A stretch of DNA of 64,000 nucleotides from assembly GCA_021432655.1 (NCBI GenBank), contig MU271438.1, positions 1 to 64,000 on the forward strand. The letters run 5' to 3'. Numbering within the stretch: the first letter of the stretch is position 1; each line of letters starts with the position of its first letter. This DNA is from Atractiella rhizophila (lineage: Eukaryota). The notes under the pieces are model-generated. The model ran no database searches and had not been told where the DNA came from. It was given only the letters and a program-made list of their open reading frames with translations. This document shows, piece by piece, positions 25,976-38,109 of this stretch. Position numbers and translations under genes: made by a program.

Positions 25976-28864
25976 ATGCCAGATGCTCACCCTCACTCCA
26001 TGCAAACCAGAACGAGACCTCCCGCCACCACCGCCACGCCGATGAAGCCGGAACTCAAGGAGTCGGATCCCAGGACGTGGACGTTTCCAGTTGAACCTGA
26101 TTTCCTCAGACGACTGCCTCAGGAAGTCACCAGTCGAATACCTACAGAGGATTTGGAGGATAAAGGTCTCATTGCTGCTTGCGCTGCTCTTGCCAAGGTG
26201 GACAACCGTGCATTATGCGCAACAGAAGTTGGAAAAGTGGCTGGAGAGATGAATTGGATGAAAGTCAACGGGTAAGCGTCCCTAAGCTCTGTTTTGATTG
26301 TTTGGGGTCGTTGTGTTCAGGGTCGGGAGCTGCCGAGCTTTGCCTTTGTTCATTTTCGGGCAAGTGACATATGAAGTCATCCAGAATGACCGTCGATCTG
26401 ACACGCTTTTCACGGTGGGGCACTGCTTCGTTCCCTTCGCTGCATGGAAGCTTGCAGATGCTGCATGTATTGCTGCAAAACAACTCTCTGTCAAGCCTTG
26501 GACGCGCGTTCTTGCTGCTTTTTCGCTTTTTCATAGCATGCGCTGGCGCGCTTCTCGGCGGTAATCGGAATTTGAAAATACAGTTTTGGAGGCCCAAGCT
26601 TTCGGGGAGAGATGGGCACAAATCACAGCATTCACATTTTTGGCTTTGAACCCTGGAAATTGTTCACTAATCTTGATGATTGCAGAGGTACACCGCCAAA
26701 CCATGTCATGTCAACAATACTACGTTCACACATCAAGCGTTCCTTGATCTCGAAAACCACGCCTCTCCTCAAAGCTTACAACCTCATGTCATCATGTTCG
26801 AATTGGGAGACAATGGCGATGGGAATAACGTCGGAGTCGAAGCCGTGTCAGAAGAGAATGCTGGTATGGTTCCTGAATTCGGATTTCTGGGGAATTCAGG
26901 ATCCTTTCGAACGTTGTTGGCAGGAGGTAAGGGAGAAGGTGCGGAGGGAATCCGGGGCACAAGCGACGAAGATCTGGGAGGAGAAAGAGAAGCAGAGAAA
27001 GCGAAGTGGGTATAGAGTGGAATGGAAGGAGAGGGCGGACGGGAGGGTCGGCTTCGACGATGATACGACAACACCTAACCACGCATATTCCTTCAGTTCT
27101 AGTGGTTCAAAACGGATTGGTGAGTCATTCTTGGCATGTTCAAACCTGTGGACTTATGCTCATCTCGTTTGTAGTTGAGAAACGCGAAACGCGAAGTCGA
27201 GCTGCAATCCCTACTCCCGCCACTCCATCAACTAGCGCACCGTCCACCAGCGCGACTGAACTGGATTCTAGTCCCTCCTCTTCAATGAGGGAAGGGATTG
27301 ACGGCCTCGGCGAAGCATTGGGACGAGGGAAACGGAAGCGAAAGCCACCAGGTTTTGTTCGAGCCGACTTAGAACCTGCTTTTCCAACATCAGCTCCTAC
27401 TTTCTCGTCTGAGTTACAGTCAGAATCCAAACAACCTCTAAAGATACGATTACGAGTACCGGGAAACTCTGGGCTCACCAGGCTGTCAACTCTAGATGAC
27501 AGAGCGATGGACATGGAGTTCGGACAGGAGGAAGCGATAAAGAGACGCAAGCTTTCGGCGGACGAGTGTCTAAGCATATCAAGAGAGGAAGCAGATGGAT
27601 ATGGGTTCAGTGAGGTCCGAAGAGCAACACTGGCGAGATTGGAGATGTGGGATGGAGAGTTGAAGTTGTCCGCTCCTTCCGAAGACGAGTTCCTTTGGGA
27701 AACGACCGATCTAGGCTTTCGTCCAGACGACATCGTTCCGCCGAGTGCTATGAATATCCAGAGCGATTTCCCACACTCGGACCTCATCGTTGGGCTCTTC
27801 TCCAAGCAGGTTCCAAGGAGTCAAGACACCGAAGCCCAAATAAAGTCCCTGGATTTCGACGAGGAGGATGACGGGGAACTGAGCGAGAGAGATGACCTGG
27901 CTGAATTGGACCTTGCTGGAGAGGATTTTGATGTGGATGATCTGGATTGGGGCGAGGAGGAGAAGGCTAAGATCAAGATCAAGAAAGAGGAGGAAGAGAG
28001 CAGCAGTATCGACAGCGATATGGTGAAGCTAGAAGAGGACAACCCAATGCTATCATCTCGTGTCTTTGGAGAAGATGAGGAAGGGAATAGCTGGAACAAA
28101 CTCGAACGGCTCGACGCTCTGCTACCTGCAGCTGATGGAGATGTTCCGTCGAAAATGGTCGACGACCCTGTCTTTTTATCGTTTTTCGGCCTCTCGTTGA
28201 AGGACATCGAACATCGTGAGCTATCTCGTGTTGGAATTTTCGAGACACGATACGATGCGGAGGAAGATGAAGACGAATATGAGGATTCGCCTTCCCCAGT
28301 TACTGGTCTATCAGCTTATGCTGGCCGAATGACCCTTGGAACCCCGCTCGATGATGATGTAGCCATCAAGATTGAGGAAGAAGATGTCTCATTCTCTCCT
28401 GGAGCCCCAAGCGAATATGAGAGTTTTGATTCACTGTCACCCATCTCCAACGTTCTCTCTCCTGGTACCGGCTTCACGACTGAGGAAGAAGACGAGATGA
28501 TCGCCCCCGTTGATGATCTAGAAGAGCTAGACGATCAAGTTTGGAATCTTGATCCGGAATGCTCAGTCGGTTCGGCGGAGCTGATGGGAGATAAGGATGA
28601 ACCTATGAAGGAAAAGATTGGCGGAGAAGGAGATGTTTCTTTCCCGACTACTCAAACCTACGTACCAATTTGTCGAGAGCCTTTCACGCCGTGCATGAAG
28701 GAGCAGGAGCTTGCTCGTTTTGAACCCCTGGAGGCTACCGACCAAGAAGGTGTTGAGGTGTGTCATTGGAGTCATTTGTTGATGTTTGTGTACTGAAAGA
28801 GTTGCAATAGCTTGATGCCATTATCGATACTGAAACAACGACCGAGGCGCCGCTAACATTCTAA
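25976..28864 (+). CDS. Acidic low-complexity protein with a putative N-terminal GDS1-like winged-helix domain
   Basis: Four exons join in frame. LAKVDNRALCATEV..NWMKVNGGTPPNHVMSTILRSHIKRS..PLL..MLVWFLN resembles the fungal GDS1-type winged helix from memory. A basic NLS-like GRGKRKRK is followed by a D/E-rich tail. Confidence 0.6.
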
Positions 28865-29761
28865 TAATTCGCCCACTCAATCTCTGCCATACAATCAACA
28901 ACCTCGCTTTCGCCTGGACAGATAATCAACCTTAGGACGACGCAGTACCCTATGAACACCAAGTCAGACCATGCCATATCTAACAGTTATTAACTTTTCA
29001 ACTTTGCTCACCTCTCAGCTATATCTTATAAACGCTGAAAAGGTACCGTACGAATTCCAAGCCGAATGAGGGGAAAATAATTGCCCTTTTTGGGTGGAAA
29101 AGGGACAAGAAAGAGAACCTATCAAGTTATTAGTTGGCTTTCTTTGTAGATCTGTTTCGTTTGTTTCGTTGCAGCTGTGTGCCTTTTACACGTAGCCAGA
29201 GAGCATGGGTGAAGTTTGTGGTTCTGTTGAATGCGTCCAACATGTGCCACTGTCAATTTTTTGCAATCAAGCCGAATCAAATCAAACATTATTTCCATCC
29301 TGATTGTTTGTAACATATCCAAGGCACCCATCCCAAATATGTGCGAAGGGCAAACCGGCCAGGAACATAAGCACGGGTGCTTTTGAATGGGCGGCGTGAA
29401 AGGTTGCTAAGGTTGGGGCTACTAAAGTGCTTCAGCTGGAAGAGAACGACCACCTCTGTCGGCAGAAAGCTCTCCATACGAGTTTCCCAATACTCAGTTA
29501 TAATTTCATGTTATAGGGTATAAAACGTCTCCCAGGGCCATAATCTTCTTCCGATCAGCTTTACTTTTACGTCCCTCAATCCCTCCTCGTCCTAATCGTC
29601 AGCCGTCGCCAACGTACGATATCCACGCAAATTCTCAAAACTCCTTCATCTCTCTTTGGGTCTGGCCCTGCGAAGATTATTCGATTCTGTAAAGGGAATT
29701 AATCAGGCGCAGTCACCTTGTAGTACTGTAATTTTGTCAGTCGGAGGTTGTACTGCAAGAA

Positions 29762-32700
29762 ATGGCTTCAAACGCAAGGAATCCAAGTCCTCTGCCTCGA
29801 AGGTGAGTCGGTCATGATACCTGAAATCGGGAAGTGACGGGGCTTGTTGAAAAAGGCTCTCGAATATTGATGGTGTTGACACCTATGTATCCACGACGAC
29901 TTCAACGAATCCTTCTTCACCCGGTCTTTCCATCAATACCGTCTCGGAGCAAACATCAATCAACCCAGGGCTGTCTTCTCCACCTGGTCTTTCCAGAAGA
30001 CCCAGGGCTGGAACTTTACCGTCCACTTTTCACTTAGGCGGAGCTGGAGGAACGAATGGGGCAAACGTGCTAGGTCTGTCACGACCTGACAACGGCTTGG
30101 TCCGGAAGCTGTCGGGACTTTCTCAGTCCCAACGTGGAACATCTCCATCCACCCAAGAGTTTTCCAACGCTGCAAGGCTGTCGGGAAGGTTGGGTGCTGC
30201 CACCTCACTGGATTTGGTTACCCAAGCTTTGAGAGCTTCAGCTTCGGACAGAAATGCTCCCAATCGTTTGAGATCTGGCTCCTTGACCCTTCCCAACTCC
30301 CTCTCGTCCCCTTTCGGAAATGTCTTTGGGTCAACCTGGGGTTCCTCGGGCGAGAATAGAATTCCAGAGGAACTCAGGTCGAACGAGTCTTTCTCCTCTC
30401 ACTCGTCAATGATGGGGGAAGACGTTCATCAGGTTCGCACGCTCGACTACCTCGGACTAGACGATTCTCCCATCCAAGGCTTCGCCACCTCCTCTCCGAT
30501 GGGACACCCTCAATCTCTCCTCTCTGCTTCAAACTCGAACCTCAGATCGACCTTTCTTGAGAATCAGAGTCACCTTACGAGAATGAGATCGAATACCGTG
30601 GCAGGCCTCGCTAGAGTCGGAAGGGAGCCCATCATCGGAAGGCGAACTTCTCCCTATCATGTCCCCTCAATGGAAAATCTCTCGAGTCTCAGCGAAAAGG
30701 TGCATGAGGAAGACGAAAATCTGCTAGATTCCGAGGAACACTTCGCCTCCCCGTATACTCATTCTGATCGTCAAGATTCAGAGGCTTCGACGGCTGACTC
30801 TTCTAGACTATTTTATTCCAGTCAGCGTCCGACCGAAGAGCTGCACCCCCCTTCCCTCAATATTAGACCCAGGGCGTCTACTGTGGGCATGCTTGACGAT
30901 AACATTCAGATTCTGGCTAGAAGGAGAGCTGGGACCACTAGCGGAATCACGCCGAGATTGCTAGACGTTGGACCTCCTACAGTATTACTCACCCCAACGG
31001 GACCGCTTACCCCCACGGATACCGCCAATCGGTTGCAGGTTGACCAGGTGCGTCTGGTAATTTCCACATGCCGTCGATCAAAACTAAATGATGACCATGT
31101 AGCATACGGGTTCCCGGCCAATTACGCCAGAGACGAGAGACCTAACGCCTCCTCCTCAGCAGCCGTCCAGATCTCTGTGGATTGGCAACCTTGACTCTTC
31201 CACATCTGCCCAAGAGCTGATGCAAGTGTTTGCGCCTTATGGAGCCATTGAGAGTTTGCGACTTCTTCCAGAAAAGGTTTGCCTCGATCATATTATCTTA
31301 GCCGACCTGCATTGACCTGGTTGATGTGGGCGAAAGGAGTGTGGCTTTGTCAATTTCGTCAATATTAACGATGCTATTCGAGCGAAGGACGATGTTTTGA
31401 ATAGGCTGGGAAGCAGCATCCTGAGCAAGGGCCCGACCGTAGTCAGGATTGGGTACGGCAAAGTCGACTCTGTACCAGCGACTCCATCTAGTGGTCTTCA
31501 CAATCGTCATTCGGGAAACAACAACAACAACAACAACAACTCCATGGATCCTTCGTTGCAAACTTCCCCCACGCGAGCTCTCTGGGTTGGATCTATTCCT
31601 TCCCATACTACTCCTAGCGAACTGCTGCGAATCTTCAGCCCATACGGTCCTATCGAATCAGCTAGGGTCCTGACGCACAAAAACTGTGGATTCATCAACT
31701 TCGAAAGGTTGGACGATGCTGTCTGTGCCAGAAAAGCTCTGAATGGGAGGGAGATTTTAGGGAGTGAAGTGGGAGCTGTCAGGATTGGGTTTGCGAAGGT
31801 ACCTAACAAGGTCGGACCTGGATTGTACACCCCAGGATCTGTGAATGCTCCGGCTATCCTCGAGCCTTCCGCTCAGGCTACCGCCACTGCCTATCAGGAC
31901 CTTCGACATGTCTTAGGCGCGACTGCCGTACCTCTCGAACAGCAGATGATGAGTGGCGCTTTAGAGAACTACAGGAGCAACCTGATAGTCGGGTTAACCA
32001 ATGGAAATAGCAGTTTGCGATTCAGTAAGTCATATGCTTCACTGATGCCTTCCACCACTAAGCACTGTGAGCAGGCGTTCCACAACAGTCGACGGATCTC
32101 TCTGGGCTCACGACAGTACCTCTCCCCAGTATAACTGATATGCAACTCTTGATGAAAGAGTTGGGTGGCGACGACCCTGAGAACAGTGTTCACCTTGACG
32201 CAGTCAAGGAATTCCGCCCTCCCTCCACCTATTACACCTCCATTCCCGCGCCCCATACAGAAGATCCTCATTCCGGGAAGAAGTTTACGGTCAGCGATGC
32301 TCCCAGGCTCCGAGACATCCGCAAGAAGCTCGATAATGCTGGTATCACGCAAGCTGAAGTGGACGAGATTGCCACGGATCTCATCGAAGAAGCAGTTGTC
32401 TTATCAAGCGACTATATTGGCAACACTTTGGTGCAGAAGTTTTTCGAAAGATGTTCTGACGCTGTGAGGCTCAAACTGTTGGAGCGAATCGCGCCACACC
32501 TCGCTTCTATCGGCTGCCACAAGAACGGAACTTGGGCAGCTCAAAAAATCATTGACTGCGCCAATACGCCAGAGGAGATGAATATGATCTGCCAGAACAT
32601 TCGCCCCTATATCCCACCGCTCCTATTGGATCAATACGGCAACTACGTGGTTCAGTGTACCCTCAGGTTTGGACAGCCGTTGTCGAATCTTGTCTTCGAT

Positions 32701-33806
32701 TCCATTGTCGACAGGTGCTGGGAGGTTGGACAAGGAAGGTTTGGAGCGAGGAGTGTGCGAACCTGCTTGGAAAGCACTCATTGTTCGCGCCTTCAAATGG
32801 TGCGTAAAATTTTTGTCTTTCGACTCCATATTCAGTTTGATTGTAGAAACGCGTTGCCATATCGATCATCCTCAACTCGATCCCTCTTGCTACCAATCCT
32901 AATGGAGCCCTCCTCCTGACCTGGTTGCTTGACACCTCTGGATTCCCTGGTCGATATCGCCTGCTTGCTCCTCGTCTGGCGCCTCACCTTTCTCACCTCT
33001 GCACGCACAAACTAGCTTCCCTTACGGTTCTCCGTCTCATCAACCAAAAGGTCGACCCTGACGCCGCTCAAATCGTTCTCAGAGGCCTCTTTAGCTCTAG
33101 TCCCCAAGTTCTCGAAGACATTTTGGGGGATCAAGTGCATGGCATCACCGTCATCCAAAAAATACTGGCGAGCACACACGTGGAGCCACAGGAAAAGCAA
33201 GCGATCTCGGAGAAGGTTAGAACTGTCATCACCAATCTGCGTGTTCAGCATATTCCTGCGTACAAAAAGCTTGTCGAGGACTTGGGTATGCCTTACTCAT
33301 CCCCTCCCACAACTCAGAGCGGCACTCCGAGCACCCACAAAGGCTCCCCTGGATATAACCGCTCATCCAGCTGGTCCACTCCGCAATCGCAGGCGTCCGG
33401 CTTTCCTTCCCCTTATCAGTCCACAGAATATCCTTCCTTCGTCAATGCACTCGGTCAAATGCAGATCAGCAACCCGGTTAGCGGCCACCCCACAACTCCT
33501 CCACAGAGCTACTCTCCTATGCACCCAGGAGGAGTAGCCCTCGGTTCCCCCATGATAGGTTCTCCCATGGTCAGGCATACGTCCCCAGTTCCAGTGCCAT
33601 ACCATCCCATGGGGATGTACCCTCCCAATTTCTCACCACCAGAATACGCTGCTCAAATGAGAATGTCGAGCCCAGATACAGCCGGATATTTCTATCCTCA
33701 ACAACAAGTGCCGAATCAGGGTCAACGATCTTCGCAGACTCTCCCTATGCCTCAAGGTTGGACGGGCGATTTTCAAGGATTCTACGAGCCTCAGCGAGCT
33801 CAGTAA
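29762..33806 (+). CDS. JSN1: Pumilio-family RNA-binding protein with two RRMs (Jsn1/Puf2 type)
   Basis: Two RRMs (PSRSLWIGNL, PTRALWVGSIP..KNCGFINFE) followed by PUF repeats (SDYIGNTLVQK, HKNGTWAAQK, DQYGNYVVQC, CTHKLASLTVL). Confidence 0.9.
31517..31540 (+). repeat. (AAC)8 microsatellite encoding poly-Asn between the two RRMs
   Basis: Eight consecutive AAC units seen directly. Confidence 0.95.
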
Positions 33807-34834
33807 AAAATGAACTTTTTTCTTTTTCCTTCTCACGATCACGTCGCCTCTTGCTGGCCCAAATTTTGTCTTCATCCTCCGCATAGAATAAGTAGATGGA
33901 AGGAGGGAAAAAGCCTTCAGGATTCTATTTTCAGGTTTGAAAACCTTCGGGATAGGTTTCTGTGTGCGTTCTCAAAGAAATATCAGGGTTTTGTTTCGTC
34001 GCATCACTTATCTTACCCTCACCTCCCACCCATCTTTCCTTTGCTCTCACAAAATAAGTACCGTGTCCATTTCTCTCATGATGTGTCCCCTCTCCAGGGA
34101 CCTTCCGGTTTGTTTGGTGTTCGCCATGCCCAAGATTTTTATCTGGATGCTGAAGAGTTTTTCCCTCACCCTCCAACTTGAAAATTGCCACCCGGCTTAC
34201 CTTTTTCACTTAACGATACCGTTCTTGCTTCCAAACATGTATTACCCCCCGTACGTCCAATGCAACAATTTTAGCTGGAAGTCATCTGGAGCAGGATATT
34301 TCGACAACCCACAATGCCAGTGCAAACTGTAGAGAGACATCGCTGTAAAGCTCAATCACTGGAACTGGTAACTTGAAAAGGACAAGTGTAGGAAGGAAGA
34401 ATCAATCAAGACCGAATAACAAGGACAAGGAAATTGAGAAAGGGAAAGATGAAGAGAACCCCACCCACGCAGGGGAGAGGGGTGAGATAAAGCATGCTGT
34501 ATAGAATAGACAGGTCTGCGGAAACAAAGAGAAGAGAAGGTCGGTCTTCAATAACATGGGTCTGCAGGAGTATTGATCGAATTTGAGTGAGGTGAGTAGG
34601 GGGAGAAAAGGAAAGGTCGTGCGGTCGTGTATTAAGGGATCGTCAATGCATCGTGTAAACCCATGAACCTTCCTCCACTCCTCTCTTCCCCACCACAAGC
34701 CCAAACCCCTTCCACTCCTCCTACTTCCACCCGCCTACCCCTTCCCGCCTAACCAACAATAAAGCAATGATTCGACTGGACGAAGGGAAGGCTGAGAGAA
34801 GCTTCGAGGTGCAGAAGGTCGGCTTGGTGAGGAT

Positions 34835-35694
34835 TTAGATGATTTTACATCCCCGCTTCGGCTTCTTCACCACGGGCGGTTCTAGCGCTGCGACGATAGC
34901 TTCATCGAAGACGTTCTTCAACTATCATCCCACAAAAATGAAAATCAACTCATGACCTCGCACACTCCCCTTAAGGAACAAAGAATAAAGAGAGACGTAC
35001 GCCCTTTTGGGTCAAAGCGGAGCATTCGCAATAAATCGCTCCCAATTCCCTCGCCAACCTCTCTCCTTGCTCATACGTGACAGGCCTCTGCTTTTGCCGA
35101 GCCAACTTCTCCAGAACCGCGGGATCGTCCCTTAGATCGACTTGGGTGCCGACTATGAGGCAGGGTACACCAGGGCAGTGGTGAAGAACCTATAACGCAA
35201 AGACAGGATAAACACCTCGGCACCGCCACTTCCACCTCATCCCTTTCACTGGAAAGGGAAGGAAGAAACGCACCTCAGGGAACCACTTCTCCTTTACGTT
35301 CTCAAAACTGGCAGGGCTCGTGACGCTGAAACAAACGAGGAAGACGTCGGTCTGTGGGTAGGAGAGGGGACGGAGACGATCGTAATCCTCCTGTCCGGCA
35401 GTATCGAAAAGACCCAATGTATATGGATCGTCGCCGATCATGACGGTGACGGCATAGTTGTCAAAGACGGTTGGGACGTATTCGGAAGGGAACTTGTTCG
35501 TCGTGTACCTGGAGAGTCAGGTTCGGTTGAGATTCATGGAGCGGCGGCTAAATGGGGAGAATAGCACGTACGAGATTAGAAGACATGTCTACGAGAAGCG
35601 TAAGCTGGTTGAGGAAGAAGAGAGAGAAGGAACGACAACGGCTTACCTTTCCGACTGCTCCATCCCCGACCACGACACACTTGATGGTCTGCAT
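34835..35694 (-). CDS. CDC42: Cdc42 GTPase
   Basis: [76 protein letters not shown]; ends KRGCKII. A probable 5'UTR intron lies at 35719-35976. Confidence 0.97.
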
Positions 35695-37887
35695 TTCTTA
35701 ATCGAGTTAAACGGGTGCCTATATTGAATACACAGTTGACAGTAAATCAGTTTCCTTCTTCTCGTCCGGAGTTAACAGTGAGAGAAATGACAATGTCGAG
35801 ACGTCCAACCCTCCATGCCTAGATAACCCGAACAAGTGAAAGGGGTTCAAGCTACAAGGAGAAGTCCTAAAGCTTCCTTTATCGCTTTTCGGCTGGAACA
35901 ACAGTTGCCGTTGGTGTCCCGTTGACCATATACCCCTCCGTCCCCTGACATGCCGTAAAGTGGAGAAAGAACCCACCTATAATCGGAAAGGAACACACTT
36001 TCAATTAGTCTCCTCTCGAGCTACGAGCGAGAAATAAAGACCTAGTTAGCGACTATTTCACTCAGCACACAGCGCGTGCCTGTCCAAAGAGTCTTGAGGG
36101 AAAATTGATGGGATTGTGCGAAAGGGGCGTCAGAGAAGCGGAGACGAGAATATCGGTTGTGATGGCTGAGAAACGGGGCTGGAAAAGCGCTTTTTTGGCT
36201 GGAAAGGAGGTTTGGGAGTGGTGGAAACTGCTGGAGTGTTGAGTGGCGTATAAGGGGACTTGAGCGAGTCGTGGAGTCAGGGGATGGTGGTCGTTTCGAC
36301 TCAGTTTTGCTTTTGTTTCAGCCTTCCACCAACAATTTCGCCGCCGCTCCACCAAACTAGACTATCGACTATCGACGGCCTTATCACTTCCGCGTCAAAG
36401 GGGACGAGATATGCTGACCCCAGGGATGTATCGTTATTTCTTATTTCGACAACTGGGGAAATGGGTGTGTGTCAGTATTATGCATTTGGGCACTGAGGAC
36501 GTGTCCAAGTCACTTGCAGCAGGTTGCAGGAGATACAGAAATTGCCTGTTACGCCAAATCGCTGGCAACTTCAAGAGCTTTTGTGCTCGAGAAAGCGTGC
36601 CATCGGGTACCCCTTCTTTCAACAACTAGCGCAATCAGTCAAAGGGATACGCTTCTCCATAAGTTACCACAGGTAAACCCTATGTAAGCTCACAGGCTTG
36701 AATAACATCCATGATTAGTTCGTCAAAACTAGAGCCCTTGATTCCCTTCTCTGGACTTCTTTTCTTGGTTGGGTTGGAGCTTATTATCCTCCTACAAGTA
36801 ACGATCACCTGTAAAGCTCGCTGAAAATGTGGACATGTCGTAGTCACCGTGTGAAACGCATTTTTGATAGCCGCTACCATTCAAAAGCGTGAAAGGATGC
36901 TGCTTCACTAAATAATACGTCCTGCGATTTGTATCTTCGTCCAATTCCGTTTGTCGTTGGTGCATGTACACAAACATTACGGTCGTTGGAGTGAACAGAA
37001 ATGCTCATGGCTAGAAAGACTCGACGATGTAGAAGGATGTCCTAGAGGAGAATATATCGTGGGATATTGCCGTAGATTCACCTTTTCCGACAATTGAACT
37101 CTTCTGTCCAGAGTGCGCAGAAGAGACTGCTTTCACATTCACAATTAACCTTCGACATGCAGCTTCACGTCGCAAATACTTTCGAATACAATAACAATAC
37201 TGATGATCCTAAGGATCAGTTCAGGTGAGCGAGGTAGAACAAGAGTGCAAACGTCACAAGACGGCCACGACTGACACTCAGCCCGGCCATATGTACATCG
37301 ATATCTTACTAAATCAAAAATATTAGCAGTTCTGACTGTGGAAATTGTTTCCGTACATGGTAAAGGTTGAGAATGAGAAAGAGCATTCAAATATATTCAA
37401 AGTAGGTCGTCTCACGTGACACATTTACGAGACTCGTGGAACGACGAATCTCCCGGTCTTTGAGAATGTCTCCCTCTTCTTCCCCGGCACGAAGGTCAGA
37501 AGCATCCTAACACCAGCACCACACCTCAGATCATCAGACATAACCCTGAAGTCTCTCCACCTCAGCTCAGCGACGCGACAATCTTCCTCCCTCGGCCAAC
37601 TTGATGCGCGTCATGATCCATGATTATGACTGAGCCGCCCATTTCATATCCCTCCCCAAGCTCTCGCGACCACTCCATTTGATGTGCAGGGTGAGGGTTG
37701 TGACAGGTTCTTCAACTGCGGAAAATATGACGGGTGTAGGGAGGTGTGGAAAGGGAAACTACAGTATACTGGGGAGACCCAAAGGTGCGAAACTCGAAGT
37801 CGATTTGTGTCGCCTTTGTCAGATCTATCCCTTTTCCTCCCTTTGACTGGCACTCGCGCATCATCGGTACTTGCTCTGCTTGTCGTC

Positions 37888-38109
37888 GAGGAGTCAGTTT
37901 TCCTGTCCCTTGTTGGCTTGTGTCCATTTACTGCAAGTTACATGGGTACGGCGGACTGCAACTTGCAACCTGGTGTGCGTAAAAGGAATGGTCCTGTAGA
38001 GGAGTCAGTTTTCCTGTCCCTTGTTGGCTTGTGTCCATTTACTGCAAGTTACATGGGTACGGCGGACTGCAACTTGCAACCTGGTGTGCGTAAAAGGAAT
38101 GGTCCTGTA
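37888..38109. repeat. Perfect tandem duplication, 2 x 111 bp (37888-37998 and 37999-38109)
   Basis: The unit GAGGAGTCAGTTTTCC...GGAATGGTCCTGTA is repeated head to tail. Confidence 0.97.

Noticed and set aside
17781..35694. Mating-type locus, suggested by a 7-TM protein plus GTPases
   Set aside because: No Ste3-like motifs, pheromone precursors, STE20 or homeodomain genes were seen.
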